Part shown: piece after piece, positions 8,213 to 15,066 of the stretch
Numbering within the stretch: the stretch's first letter is position 1
Layout: each line of letters begins with the position of its first letter
Assembly: GCA_044220955.1 (NCBI GenBank)
Contig: JBGAQA010000136.1
Location: 1-15,066, forward strand
From: Sandaracinaceae bacterium
Lineage (GTDB): Bacteria > Myxococcota_A > Polyangia > Polyangiales > Sandaracinaceae
Direction: 5' to 3'
Length of the DNA stretch: 15,066 bases
Program-made: the position numbers and the translations under genes
Notes under the pieces: model-generated
Told to the model about the DNA's origin: nothing
Databases searched by the model: none
The model's input: only the letters and a program-made list of their open reading frames with translations

Positions 8213-9181
8213 TCAAGTGCTCGCGACAGGCGCCGCGTCTCGCGCGGCCACCTGCTTGGCGGCCGCGACCCGCGAGAGGCGCACCCAGAGCCCGGCGCAG
8301 AGCGCGAGAAGCACGACGCCGATCCACTGCGAGGTCGTCAGGCCGGCGGCGCCGCCGCGGTCGTCGGCGCGGAAGTACTCGAGCACGAAGCGGAGCACCG
8401 CGTAGAGCGCGGTCGAGACGCAGAAGACCTGCCCGTCGAAGCGCTTGCGCGGATGGAGCCACTGGATCGCGAAGACGGAGATGAGCAGGCAGCCGCCCGC
8501 TTCCATCAGCTGCGTGGGGAGCACCGGGTGCGAGGCGTAGCTCGCGTCGGGCAGCTCGTGCAGGCGCCACTGCGCCTCGCTCGCCGGCGACCACGCCGGG
8601 AAGCTCACGCCCCACCACGCGTCGGTGCGCTGCCCGAAGCAACAGCCGCCGAACCAGCACCCGAGGCGCCCGAAGAAGAGGCCCAGCGGGAGCACGAGCC
8701 CGCCCATGTCGAGCGCCTTGAGCGGCGGGAACTTCTCCTTCCGGAGGAAGTGCATCGCGTAGATCGTCGCGAGGATCACGCCGCCGTACCACGTGAGGCC
8801 GCCCTGCCAGAAGCGGATCCACGCCCAGCAGTCCTGCTCGGTCGGGTGGCACACGCCCGCCGCGGCGTCCCAGCTGCCCTCCACCCACTCGCTCGCGCAC
8901 TGCGCCTCGGTGATGTGCCAGTCGACGAGGTGGTAGTCCGTGCAGAGGTGCACGTAGTCCATCAGGAAGCCGTCGAAGAGCACGTGCGCGATGCGCGCGC
9001 CGGCCACGCCGGTGATCACCGAGGCGAGCGAGAGGTCGATGATGACCTCGTGGTCGAGCTTCTCCTGCTTGGCCCAGCGGACGCCGAACCAGGTGCACGC
9101 GGCGAACGCGCACGTGAGCATCACGAAGTAGGCAGGCAGATCCTCGTCGAGGAGCGGGACGTGGCCGAAGCTCGGGATCAT
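8213..9181 (-). CDS. lgt: Prolipoprotein diacylglyceryl transferase
   Basis: Multi-TM protein with GARIAHV, FWQGGLTWYGG, GRLGCWFGGCCFG, WGVSFP, PTQLME, YAVLRFVLEYFR and SQWI; ATGA overlap with the lspA stop. Confidence 0.92.
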   Translation of the reverse strand: MIPSFGHVPLLDEDLPAYFVMLTCAFAACTWFGVRWAKQEKLDHEVIIDLSLASVITGVAGARIAHVLFDGFLMDYVHLCTDYHLVDWHITEAQCASEWVEGSWDAAAGVCHPTEQDCWAWIRFWQGGLTWYGGVILATIYAMHFLRKEKFPPLKALDMGGLVLPLGLFFGRLGCWFGGCCFGQRTDAWWGVSFPAWSPASEAQWRLHELPDASYASHPVLPTQLMEAGGCLLISVFAIQWLHPRKRFDGQVFCVSTALYAVLRFVLEYFRADDRGGAAGLTTSQWIGVVLLALCAGLWVRLSRVAAAKQVAARDAAPVAST

Positions 9182-9918
9182 GCGGCGCTGTCGGGCTTCG
9201 AGGTCTCGCTCTCGCTCTCGCTCTCGCTCTCGCTCTCGCTCTCGTCTTGCTCCGCGCTCGGCGCTGGCGCCGTGCGCTTGGTGCTCGCGTCCTGCCGCAT
9301 GCCGTCGATCAGGAGCAGGATCACGCCGACCGTGATCGCGATGTCGGCGACGTTGAACGTCGGATAGTCGAACCGATCCATCCAGAGGATCGGGTGCTCG
9401 TAGTGGAAGTGGATGAAGTCGACCACGTACCCGTAGAGAAACCTGTCGAAGAAGTTCCCGATCGCCCCCGAGATCACCAGCGGGACGCTCACTGCGAAGA
9501 AGGGCCCGCCCCGCCCCTGGTAGAAGAGCCAGAGCAAGACGCAGGTCGCGGCGATCGCGGCGATGCCGAACACGACACGGCGGACGATCGTCGGGGCCTG
9601 TCGAAGGAGCCCGAACGCGGCCCCGCAGTTCTCCGCGTACTCGAACTCGAGCGTCTCGCCCACGATCGAGATCGTGTCCGACGGCACGCGCTGGTAGCGG
9701 ACGAAGCCGCTCTCGTCCATCGCGCAGACCTCGGGGGGCTCACCGACGCGGGCGTGCGAGAGCGCCCCCTCGGCCCACGACTTGGACGCCAGGTCGGCCG
9801 CAGTGAGCGCCGCCGCCGCGACGACGCAGATCACGAGCGCGCGGGTCGAGCGCCGGACGGAGGGCGGCGGCGCCTCCGCTTTCCCCGCGTCGGAGGCGGA
9901 CTTGTCGCCCTTGGTCAC
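9178..9918 (-). CDS. lspA: Lipoprotein signal peptidase (signal peptidase II)
   Basis: DLASK, NCGAAFG, GAIGNFFDR, VVDFI, FNVAD (both catalytic Asp present). The GTG start overlaps the upstream stop; the tail is acidic (ES)n. Confidence 0.94.
   Translation of the reverse strand: MTKGDKSASDAGKAEAPPPSVRRSTRALVICVVAAAALTAADLASKSWAEGALSHARVGEPPEVCAMDESGFVRYQRVPSDTISIVGETLEFEYAENCGAAFGLLRQAPTIVRRVVFGIAAIAATCVLLWLFYQGRGGPFFAVSVPLVISGAIGNFFDRFLYGYVVDFIHFHYEHPILWMDRFDYPTFNVADIAITVGVILLLIDGMRQDASTKRTAPAPSAEQDESESESESESESETSKPDSAA
9204..9244. repeat. (TCTCGC)n hexamer microsatellite encoding (Glu-Ser)6-Glu in the LspA tail
   Basis: Six perfect units plus 5 nt, with no synonymous variation. Confidence 0.95.
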
Positions 9919-10034
9919 TGCTGCTGGCCGTCCACGATCGGACGCCCTTCCCCGGCGCCCCGTGTGAAGACCGGACAGCCACCGAGCGCGAGCGCGGCGA
10001 AGAGGACGAACAGGGTCAAGACGAGAGCGCGCAT
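9915..10034 (-). CDS. Small 39-aa lipoprotein, translationally coupled to lspA (absent from the ORF track)
   Basis: Hand translation: MRALVLTLFVLFAALALGG-CPVFTRGAGEGRPIVDGQQQ*. Basic n-region, hydrophobic h-region, lipobox LGGC, SD-like GGTGGGA before the ATG, mostly G/C third positions. The stop overlaps the lspA start as GTGA. Confidence 0.75.
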   Translation of the reverse strand: MRALVLTLFVLFAALALGGCPVFTRGAGEGRPIVDGQQQ

Positions 10035-10134
10035 GTTCCCACCGGGCGCGGCGCGTCGGCCGCGAGCGGCAGGGTGTAGCAAGGGCGGGCCCGGGCGCGC
10101 CAGTGGAGAGGTGACGTCCCGGTGCTGCGGGGGC

Positions 10135-11244
10135 TCAGTCGATCCCCCAGGCCAGCCGCGCGCGCGCGCCGAGCGCGAACGGCACGACGCGGGGCAGCAC
10201 CCAGTCGGTGGTCGTGAGCGGCATCGCGCCGGTCCGGCGCCCGGGGTCGACCGCGAGGGTGAACGTGCGGACGACCGAGCCGACCGTCCCCTCGATCGAC
10301 ACGCTCGCGCCGAGCCCCGAGGGCAGCGTCACGCACTGGCCGGTGGCGTCGCCGGCGACCGCAGCGCCGTCGACCCGGAAAGAGACCGGGCGCATCGCGC
10401 CGACGACGCGCGCGCCGCCCGATCGCAGGATGACGCAGACGGTGTCGCCGGCGCCGACGAGGGGCTGGCCCGCCATGTCCAGATTCAGCAGCGCCGAGAC
10501 CAGCTCGAGGTCGTCGATCGCCCCCGCGGCCCGCGCCACGACGTCGAAGCTCGCGCCGCCCACGTGGACCGCCAGCGGCACGTCGGCCGCCCCGAGCGTC
10601 GCCTCGACCGTGTCCCACGACGGCGTGTTGATGCTCGCCGTGCTCGTGATCGTCATCTCGTCGTCGACCAGGCGCGACCCCCCGGCAGACAGCAGCGCGA
10701 CGCCGACCCGCGCGGCGCCCGGGCCGAACACGACCGGCGCGTGCGCGTCGCTCTCGGCCAGAGCGACCAGGAGGTCGTCGGCCGCCACGACTTCGACCCG
10801 CGCGATCGGCGCCACCGTGACGGAGATCCGATCGATCAGGCGCGACTCGGTGTCGAGGACCCGCACGTCGGCGCTCCCGGCCGCGGCGCCCGTCAGGCTC
10901 GCGATCCCGGAGCCCGCCGAGTCGGCGCGCAGCACCGCCGGGTTGCTCGACGCCACGCGGTGCACAGGCAGGGGACGAAGGGAGTTCCCCGCGTCCTGGA
11001 AGTGAATGCCCTGGTGCCCCCCGATGGCCACCGGCGACGGAGCGGTCTCGAGCGTCCCCGCGAGCGAGGCCCCGAAGAAGCGCAGCCCGTCGGGCGTGTC
11101 CGGGTTGCAGACCTCGCCGGCCGGGCAGCCCTCGCGCGCGCGGGTGCCGAGGCCGCCGCAGGCCGTGGTGGCCAGCAGCGCGGGCGAGCCGAGGAGCAGA
11201 CCGAGCCAGACGAGCAGGGGACGAGCCGAGCGAAGCATGCGCAT
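10135..11244 (-). CDS. Putative lipoprotein with Ig-like/beta-sandwich repeats
   Basis: MRMLRSARPLLVWLGLLLGSPALLATTA-C signal (start 11244 or 11238), CPAGEVC motif, SSNPAV (Big_2-like), and V/T/A/G-rich beta strands. Confidence 0.72.
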   Translation of the reverse strand: MRMLRSARPLLVWLGLLLGSPALLATTACGGLGTRAREGCPAGEVCNPDTPDGLRFFGASLAGTLETAPSPVAIGGHQGIHFQDAGNSLRPLPVHRVASSNPAVLRADSAGSGIASLTGAAAGSADVRVLDTESRLIDRISVTVAPIARVEVVAADDLLVALAESDAHAPVVFGPGAARVGVALLSAGGSRLVDDEMTITSTASINTPSWDTVEATLGAADVPLAVHVGGASFDVVARAAGAIDDLELVSALLNLDMAGQPLVGAGDTVCVILRSGGARVVGAMRPVSFRVDGAAVAGDATGQCVTLPSGLGASVSIEGTVGSVVRTFTLAVDPGRRTGAMPLTTTDWVLPRVVPFALGARARLAWGID

Positions 11245-11256
11245 GCCCCCCCATGG

Positions 11257-11272
11257 TGCAGGCCGGATGCCA
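11257..11272 (-). promoter_or_regulatory. Sigma54 (-24/-12) promoter for the Ig-like lipoprotein gene
   Basis: Minus strand TGGCATCCGGCCTGCA: TGGCA and TGCA with exact GG-N10-GC spacing, 12 nt upstream of the ATG. Confidence 0.65.
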
Positions 11273-11465
11273 GCGCGAAAAGGGCCGCGTTGCCGGACCC
11301 CGGCGCGGGGTGGCACGAACTTCCGTCCTCGGGCGTTGCCCGATGACCACACCACCCTCGTCGCCGTTCGACCCAGCCGCAGAATCGCTCGACACCGGGA
11401 GGCGTCCGATCCACGGAGGCGCCGCAAAGTGGCGCGCCCCCGCCCGCGTGGTGTCTCTTCGGATC

Positions 11466-14372
11466 ATGCTTCGGTCGCTCGTACCTCTCTCTTTGGTGTT
11501 CCTGCTCGGCACGTGCCCCCCGGCGGCGGCCCAGGAGTCGATCGGCACGCTGCGCGAGCGGCTCACGGCCGCCCGCGCGGCCCACGGCGAGATCCCCGCC
11601 GGTGCCTACACCAGCATCGCGTACACGATCGACGTCGCCGAGCGGATCGAGGAGCGCTTCCCCGTCGCGTCCGAGTCCTGGCGGATGCGGGCGGGCCGCT
11701 TCCTGCACGCCACCGAGCAGGGGCGCGACCCCTACCTCGAGCAGCGCGGCGCCATCACCAACCGCGGCTACGACTCCCCCGCGTCGACCATCCTGCAGGG
11801 CTACGGCATCTACATCCCGCCCGACTACGACCCCTCGCGTCGCTATCCGCTGCTCGTCATCCTGCACGGGGGCTCGAGCAACGGGAACCTGTTCCTCGGC
11901 GTCGTGCTCGGGAACAACATGGACTGGCTGACCTACAACCAGCACCTCTGGGACGACTACGAGCCGCGCTGGTCGCCCGACTGGATCATCGTCACGCCCG
12001 ACGGCTTCGGCCAGGTGCTCTGGCGCTGGATGGGCGAGGACGACGTCCTGCGCGTGATCGACGACGTCGAGCGGCACTACTCGATCGACACCGATCACGT
12101 GGTGCTCGGCGGCATCTCGAACGGCGGCGTGGGCACCTACGCGATCGGTACTCGCCACGCGTACCGCTTCAGCGTCGTCACCGCGATGGCCGGCGCGCCG
12201 AGCTGGGTGCAGTACACCGGCGGGCAGCCCACGGCCGACGAGACGACCGCGATGCTCATGCAGTCGGGCATGCACCTCGCGGAGAACACGCTCGACACCG
12301 ACTTCCGCATGTACCACGGCACCGTGGACCCCGGCCCGATGCGGCCTGCGTACGTGCACGAGATGGAAGAGCACATGCGCGGCCTCGGCATCGAGCCGCA
12401 GATGACCTGGTACGAGATGGGGCACGACATCCTCTACGTCGTGCACCGCCACGGTCGCATCTACGACGTGCTGGCGCCGATCACGCGCGATCGGCGTCGC
12501 GCCGACGTGCGCCTGGTGACGGGCGACTACCGGGCCAGCCGCCAGCACTGGCTGACGGCCGAGCGCATCGTCGACTTCCCACGCCTCGCGCACGTCACGG
12601 GGCACGCCGAGGATCAGCTCGTCACGATCACGACCGAGCGCGTCTCGCAGCTCGCCATCGATCTGCGCGACGCGCCCGTCGGCACGGGCGAGCTCCTCGC
12701 GGTCGTCGTCGACGGGCAGGAGGCGTACCGCGGACCGCGCGCCTCGCTCGGCCACGTCCTGCACCTGCGCCGCGACGCGGACGGCTGGCACCCCGGCTTC
12801 CTCGAGCAGGAGCCCGGCACGCTCGCCAAGGTGCCCGGAGCGTCGGGCCCGATCACGGACGCGTACCGCGACGCGATGATCCACGTGTACGGGACGCAGG
12901 ACCCGCGCGTGACCGACGACCTGCGCCGCGCGGCCGAGCGCGGCTCGCACGGCTGGGTCCAGGGCCTGTGGAACTACCACCAGCGCGTGGTCGCCGACAC
13001 GGCGCTCACCGAGGAGGACGTGCGCGACAACCACGTCGTCCTCTACGGCACGCCGGGCTCGAACGCGGTGCTCGAGCGCATCGCCGACCGGCTACCGATC
13101 CGGGTGACCGCCGACGGCGTGCGCGTGGGGGACACCACGTACGACGATCGAGGCGTGGGCGTCCGCTTCGTGTACCCGTCGCCGCTCGTTCCCGAGGGCG
13201 GCGCGCCTCGCTACGTGATCGTGCAGGCGGCGCCGACCGCCGACGCGGTGATCGCGGGGAACAACCTCCCCGACTTCGTGCCCGACTGGATCGTGTACGA
13301 CGCCGCGTGTACGCGGACCCGGCCGCGCCTGATCCTGGGGCGGAGCGCGCCGGCGATGGGGTTCTTCGACGACGCGTGGCAGGTGCGCACTTCCGTGAGC
13401 GCGGCCCGTTCGGGCGGCGACGACGGACCGCTCGCCGAGGCGGAGGGCGTCGTGCTGGTGCAGGGGGGGAGCGACGGGGGAACAGCCGCGGAGCCGCCCG
13501 CGGCGCCGGACGCCGGCCCTGCGCCCGAGTCGGACGAGGCCGCGCGCCTCGCCGAGCGCAACCGGATCCTGGGCGTCGGCCCGGACTACGTCCTGCCGCC
13601 CGACGTGCTCGCGCAGACGCCGCCGGTGACCCTGCCCTGGTTCACCCCGGTGCCGCCCGTGCCGCGCGTGCCACGCCACTTCGCGGTCCCCGAGGACGAC
13701 CCCGCCGGCCCCATCGCGCGCCTGATCGCGCGCCGCATCCCGACCTTCCCGAACTACCGCGGCATCATCCCGGGCGGCGAGTGGCGCGTGCGCGACGACG
13801 CGCGCTGGAGCGTCCGTCCCGAGGCCGACTGCCTCGCCGCGCTCGCGACCGCCGGGATCACGGTCGCTCCGCTGCACGACCTCGACTCGCCGCTGGCCCG
13901 CCCGCTCCGCGTGGACTCCCCGATCGGGGGCGTGGAATTCGTGATGACGCCGGAGCACGCCGCCGAGGGCGTGGTCGTCGCGCTGAGCTGCGAATTCATC
14001 GACCGCCTGCAGCAGCTCACGACCGTGCTGCGCGCGCACCACGTCGCGCGCGTCGAGGTGCTCAGCGCGTACCGCACGGCGCCGCGCACGAGCTTCCACA
14101 CGATGGGCCTCGCGCTCGACATGGCGAGCTTCACCACCGACGACGGCACCGTGCTCTCGGTCGAGCGCGACTTCGTCGAGACGCCGACGCGCCGAACGTG
14201 CGCGCGCCGCCGGCCGCGCGCGCCGGCCGCCCGCGAGCTGCGGGACATCGCGTGCGAGCTCGCCGACACGAGCGCGTTCTCGTCCGTGCTGACGCCGAAC
14301 TACAACGACGGCCACCGCAACCACTTCCACGTGGACTGCCGGCCGGACGACCCGCGGGTGTTCGTGCGGTAG
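11466..14372 (+). CDS. Secreted alpha/beta-hydrolase fused to a C-terminal Extensin-like (peptidase M15-type Zn) domain, 968 aa
   Basis: Signal peptide from ATG 11466 (..PAAA-Q). Hydrolase motifs YIPPDYDPSRRYPLLVILHG, GISNGG (Ser 12117), HGTVD (Asp 12327), MGH (His 12423). Pro/Ala/acidic linker. C-terminal SAYR, SFHTMGLALD (H-x6-D) and LTPNYNDGHRNHFHVD (HxH). Confidence 0.85.
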   Translation: MLRSLVPLSLVFLLGTCPPAAAQESIGTLRERLTAARAAHGEIPAGAYTSIAYTIDVAERIEERFPVASESWRMRAGRFLHATEQGRDPYLEQRGAITNRGYDSPASTILQGYGIYIPPDYDPSRRYPLLVILHGGSSNGNLFLGVVLGNNMDWLTYNQHLWDDYEPRWSPDWIIVTPDGFGQVLWRWMGEDDVLRVIDDVERHYSIDTDHVVLGGISNGGVGTYAIGTRHAYRFSVVTAMAGAPSWVQYTGGQPTADETTAMLMQSGMHLAENTLDTDFRMYHGTVDPGPMRPAYVHEMEEHMRGLGIEPQMTWYEMGHDILYVVHRHGRIYDVLAPITRDRRRADVRLVTGDYRASRQHWLTAERIVDFPRLAHVTGHAEDQLVTITTERVSQLAIDLRDAPVGTGELLAVVVDGQEAYRGPRASLGHVLHLRRDADGWHPGFLEQEPGTLAKVPGASGPITDAYRDAMIHVYGTQDPRVTDDLRRAAERGSHGWVQGLWNYHQRVVADTALTEEDVRDNHVVLYGTPGSNAVLERIADRLPIRVTADGVRVGDTTYDDRGVGVRFVYPSPLVPEGGAPRYVIVQAAPTADAVIAGNNLPDFVPDWIVYDAACTRTRPRLILGRSAPAMGFFDDAWQVRTSVSAARSGGDDGPLAEAEGVVLVQGGSDGGTAAEPPAAPDAGPAPESDEAARLAERNRILGVGPDYVLPPDVLAQTPPVTLPWFTPVPPVPRVPRHFAVPEDDPAGPIARLIARRIPTFPNYRGIIPGGEWRVRDDARWSVRPEADCLAALATAGITVAPLHDLDSPLARPLRVDSPIGGVEFVMTPEHAAEGVVVALSCEFIDRLQQLTTVLRAHHVARVEVLSAYRTAPRTSFHTMGLALDMASFTTDDGTVLSVERDFVETPTRRTCARRRPRAPAARELRDIACELADTSAFSSVLTPNYNDGHRNHFHVDCRPDDPRVFVR

Positions 14373-14374
14373 GC

Positions 14375-14488
14375 CTCTCGCTCTCGCTCTCGCTCTCGCT
14401 CTCGCTCTCGCTCTCGCTCTCGCTCTCGCTCTCGCTCTCGCCCTCGCTCTCGCTCTCGACCTCGACCTCGCTCTCGACCTCGCCCTCG
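14375..14488. repeat. Intergenic hexamer microsatellite, 19 x NNCTCG
   Basis: Eleven perfect CTCTCG units (14375-14440), then eight mixed CCCTCG/CTCTCG/ACCTCG units; it starts 2 nt after the TAG. Confidence 0.97.
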
Positions 14489-14519
14489 CCCGGTGCGCTA
14501 CGATCGCCATCGTCCCTCG

Positions 14520-14720
14520 ATGCGCCTCGCCCTCCGCTGCTCGTTCGCGCTCGCGCTGCTCGCCGGCAGTCTCGCGGGCTGCGGCGGGCCGCCCGACCCG
14601 GGCCCGGCGGACGCGAGCTGCGACTTCTGCGACTCGCCCGTGTACCTCGTCGCGCGGATCGTCACCGAGACGGGCGTCACCGGTGAGGCGGGCAGAACGG
14701 AACGGACAACGTGGCACTGA
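14520..14720 (+). CDS. Short (66 aa) or truncated lipoprotein
   Basis: MRLALRCSFALALLAGSLAG-C (canonical LAGC lipobox), Pro/Asp linker, CDFC. The last ~11 codons are atypical and run into the next gene. Confidence 0.55.
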   Translation: MRLALRCSFALALLAGSLAGCGGPPDPGPADASCDFCDSPVYLVARIVTETGVTGEAGRTERTTWH

Positions 14721-15025
14721 AGACCTACACAGACTCTCTCCAGACGATTCGCGACATGAGGACGACACTCGACGCGATTGCCAAGCAGGACGCCGACCTG
14801 GCGCGGCAGACGCGCCGGGCGCTCGCCAGCATCACGCTCAACATCGCCGAGGGCGAGGGCCGACAGAACGGAAACGCCCGAGTGCGGTTCCAGACCGCGA
14901 TGGGCAGCGCGAACGAGGTCCGTGCCTGCATCGAGACCGCGGATGCGCTCGGGTACATCACGGCGGCCGCGCGAATGGTCGACACGCTCGACCGGATCGC
15001 GCGGACAGTGAACCGGCTGCACTGA
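14711..15025 (+). CDS. Four-helix-bundle protein (23S rRNA intervening-sequence protein / Avd-like family)
   Basis: 104 aa with DLARQTRRALASITLNIAEG, RFQTAMGSANEVRACI and ALGYI, matching the family pattern Q.RRA..SI..NIAEG...A.GS..E......LGY. Confidence 0.88.
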   Translation: MALKTYTDSLQTIRDMRTTLDAIAKQDADLARQTRRALASITLNIAEGEGRQNGNARVRFQTAMGSANEVRACIETADALGYITAAARMVDTLDRIARTVNRLH

Positions 15026-15066
15026 GACAGGCGAGGCCCCCGGGCCGGCGCCGCCGGGCGCCCCCG

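Noticed and set aside
10072..10093. Promoter-like CGGGCCCGCCCTTGCTACACC upstream of the 39-aa ORF (similar TGCTAGAAG upstream of mtnP)
   Set aside because: Only a partial match to either the sigma54 or the extended -10 consensus; plausible but not supportable.
11311..11326. Plus-strand sigma54 -24 box TGGCACG
   Set aside because: No GC at the -12 position (reads TCCG).
11253..11465. N-terminal extensions given in the ORF track (11253 start; likewise 11427, 4830 and 8128 starts)
   Set aside because: They would bury signal peptides or overlap neighbouring genes and promoters; downstream starts were chosen.
14375..14488. Repeat tract as a CRISPR array or a coding poly-LS/RA segment
   Set aside because: Simple hexamer with no spacers; the frames crossing it are shadow ORFs.
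85..14768. Very long alternative-frame ORFs (85-2226, 1448-4504, 4277-7459, 9247-11346, 11006-14686, 10893-13034, 13092-14768 etc.)
   Set aside because: Arg/Ala/Pro-rich shadow frames of real genes, expected from stop-codon scarcity at high GC; no motifs.
14711..15025. DGR, retron or 23S rRNA intervening sequence
   Set aside because: No reverse transcriptase, TR/VR pair, msr-msd or rRNA sequence in the window.

Overview
Very GC-rich bacterial chromosome segment, most consistent with a myxobacterium (Myxococcota, Sandaracinus/Polyangium-like). This assignment is inferred from GC-skewed codon use, Cys-rich lipoproteins and the GCC-type Lgt. The minus strand (11244 down to 106) carries one co-oriented run: Ig-like lipoprotein, an unlisted 39-aa lipoprotein ORF, lspA, lgt, an OmpA/MotB lipoprotein, a Ppx/GppA phosphatase, mtnP, a PfkB kinase, a Cys-rich lipoprotein, a CAP-domain protein and a swivel-first fused aconitase-family enzyme. 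The plus strand encodes a 968-aa secreted alpha/beta-hydrolase fused to an Extensin-like/M15-type Zn-peptidase domain, followed by a (CTCTCG)n tract, a short lipoprotein ORF and a four-helix-bundle (23S-IVS/Avd-like) gene. The most notable observations are: the tiny lipoprotein whose stop overlaps the lspA start; the esterase-peptidase fusion; a hairpin-packed intergenic segment (2221-2376) that may be an ncRNA; the four-helix-bundle/microsatellite/short-lipoprotein arrangement; and a probable CTG start for ppx. All calls are by-eye motif recognition; no searches were run.
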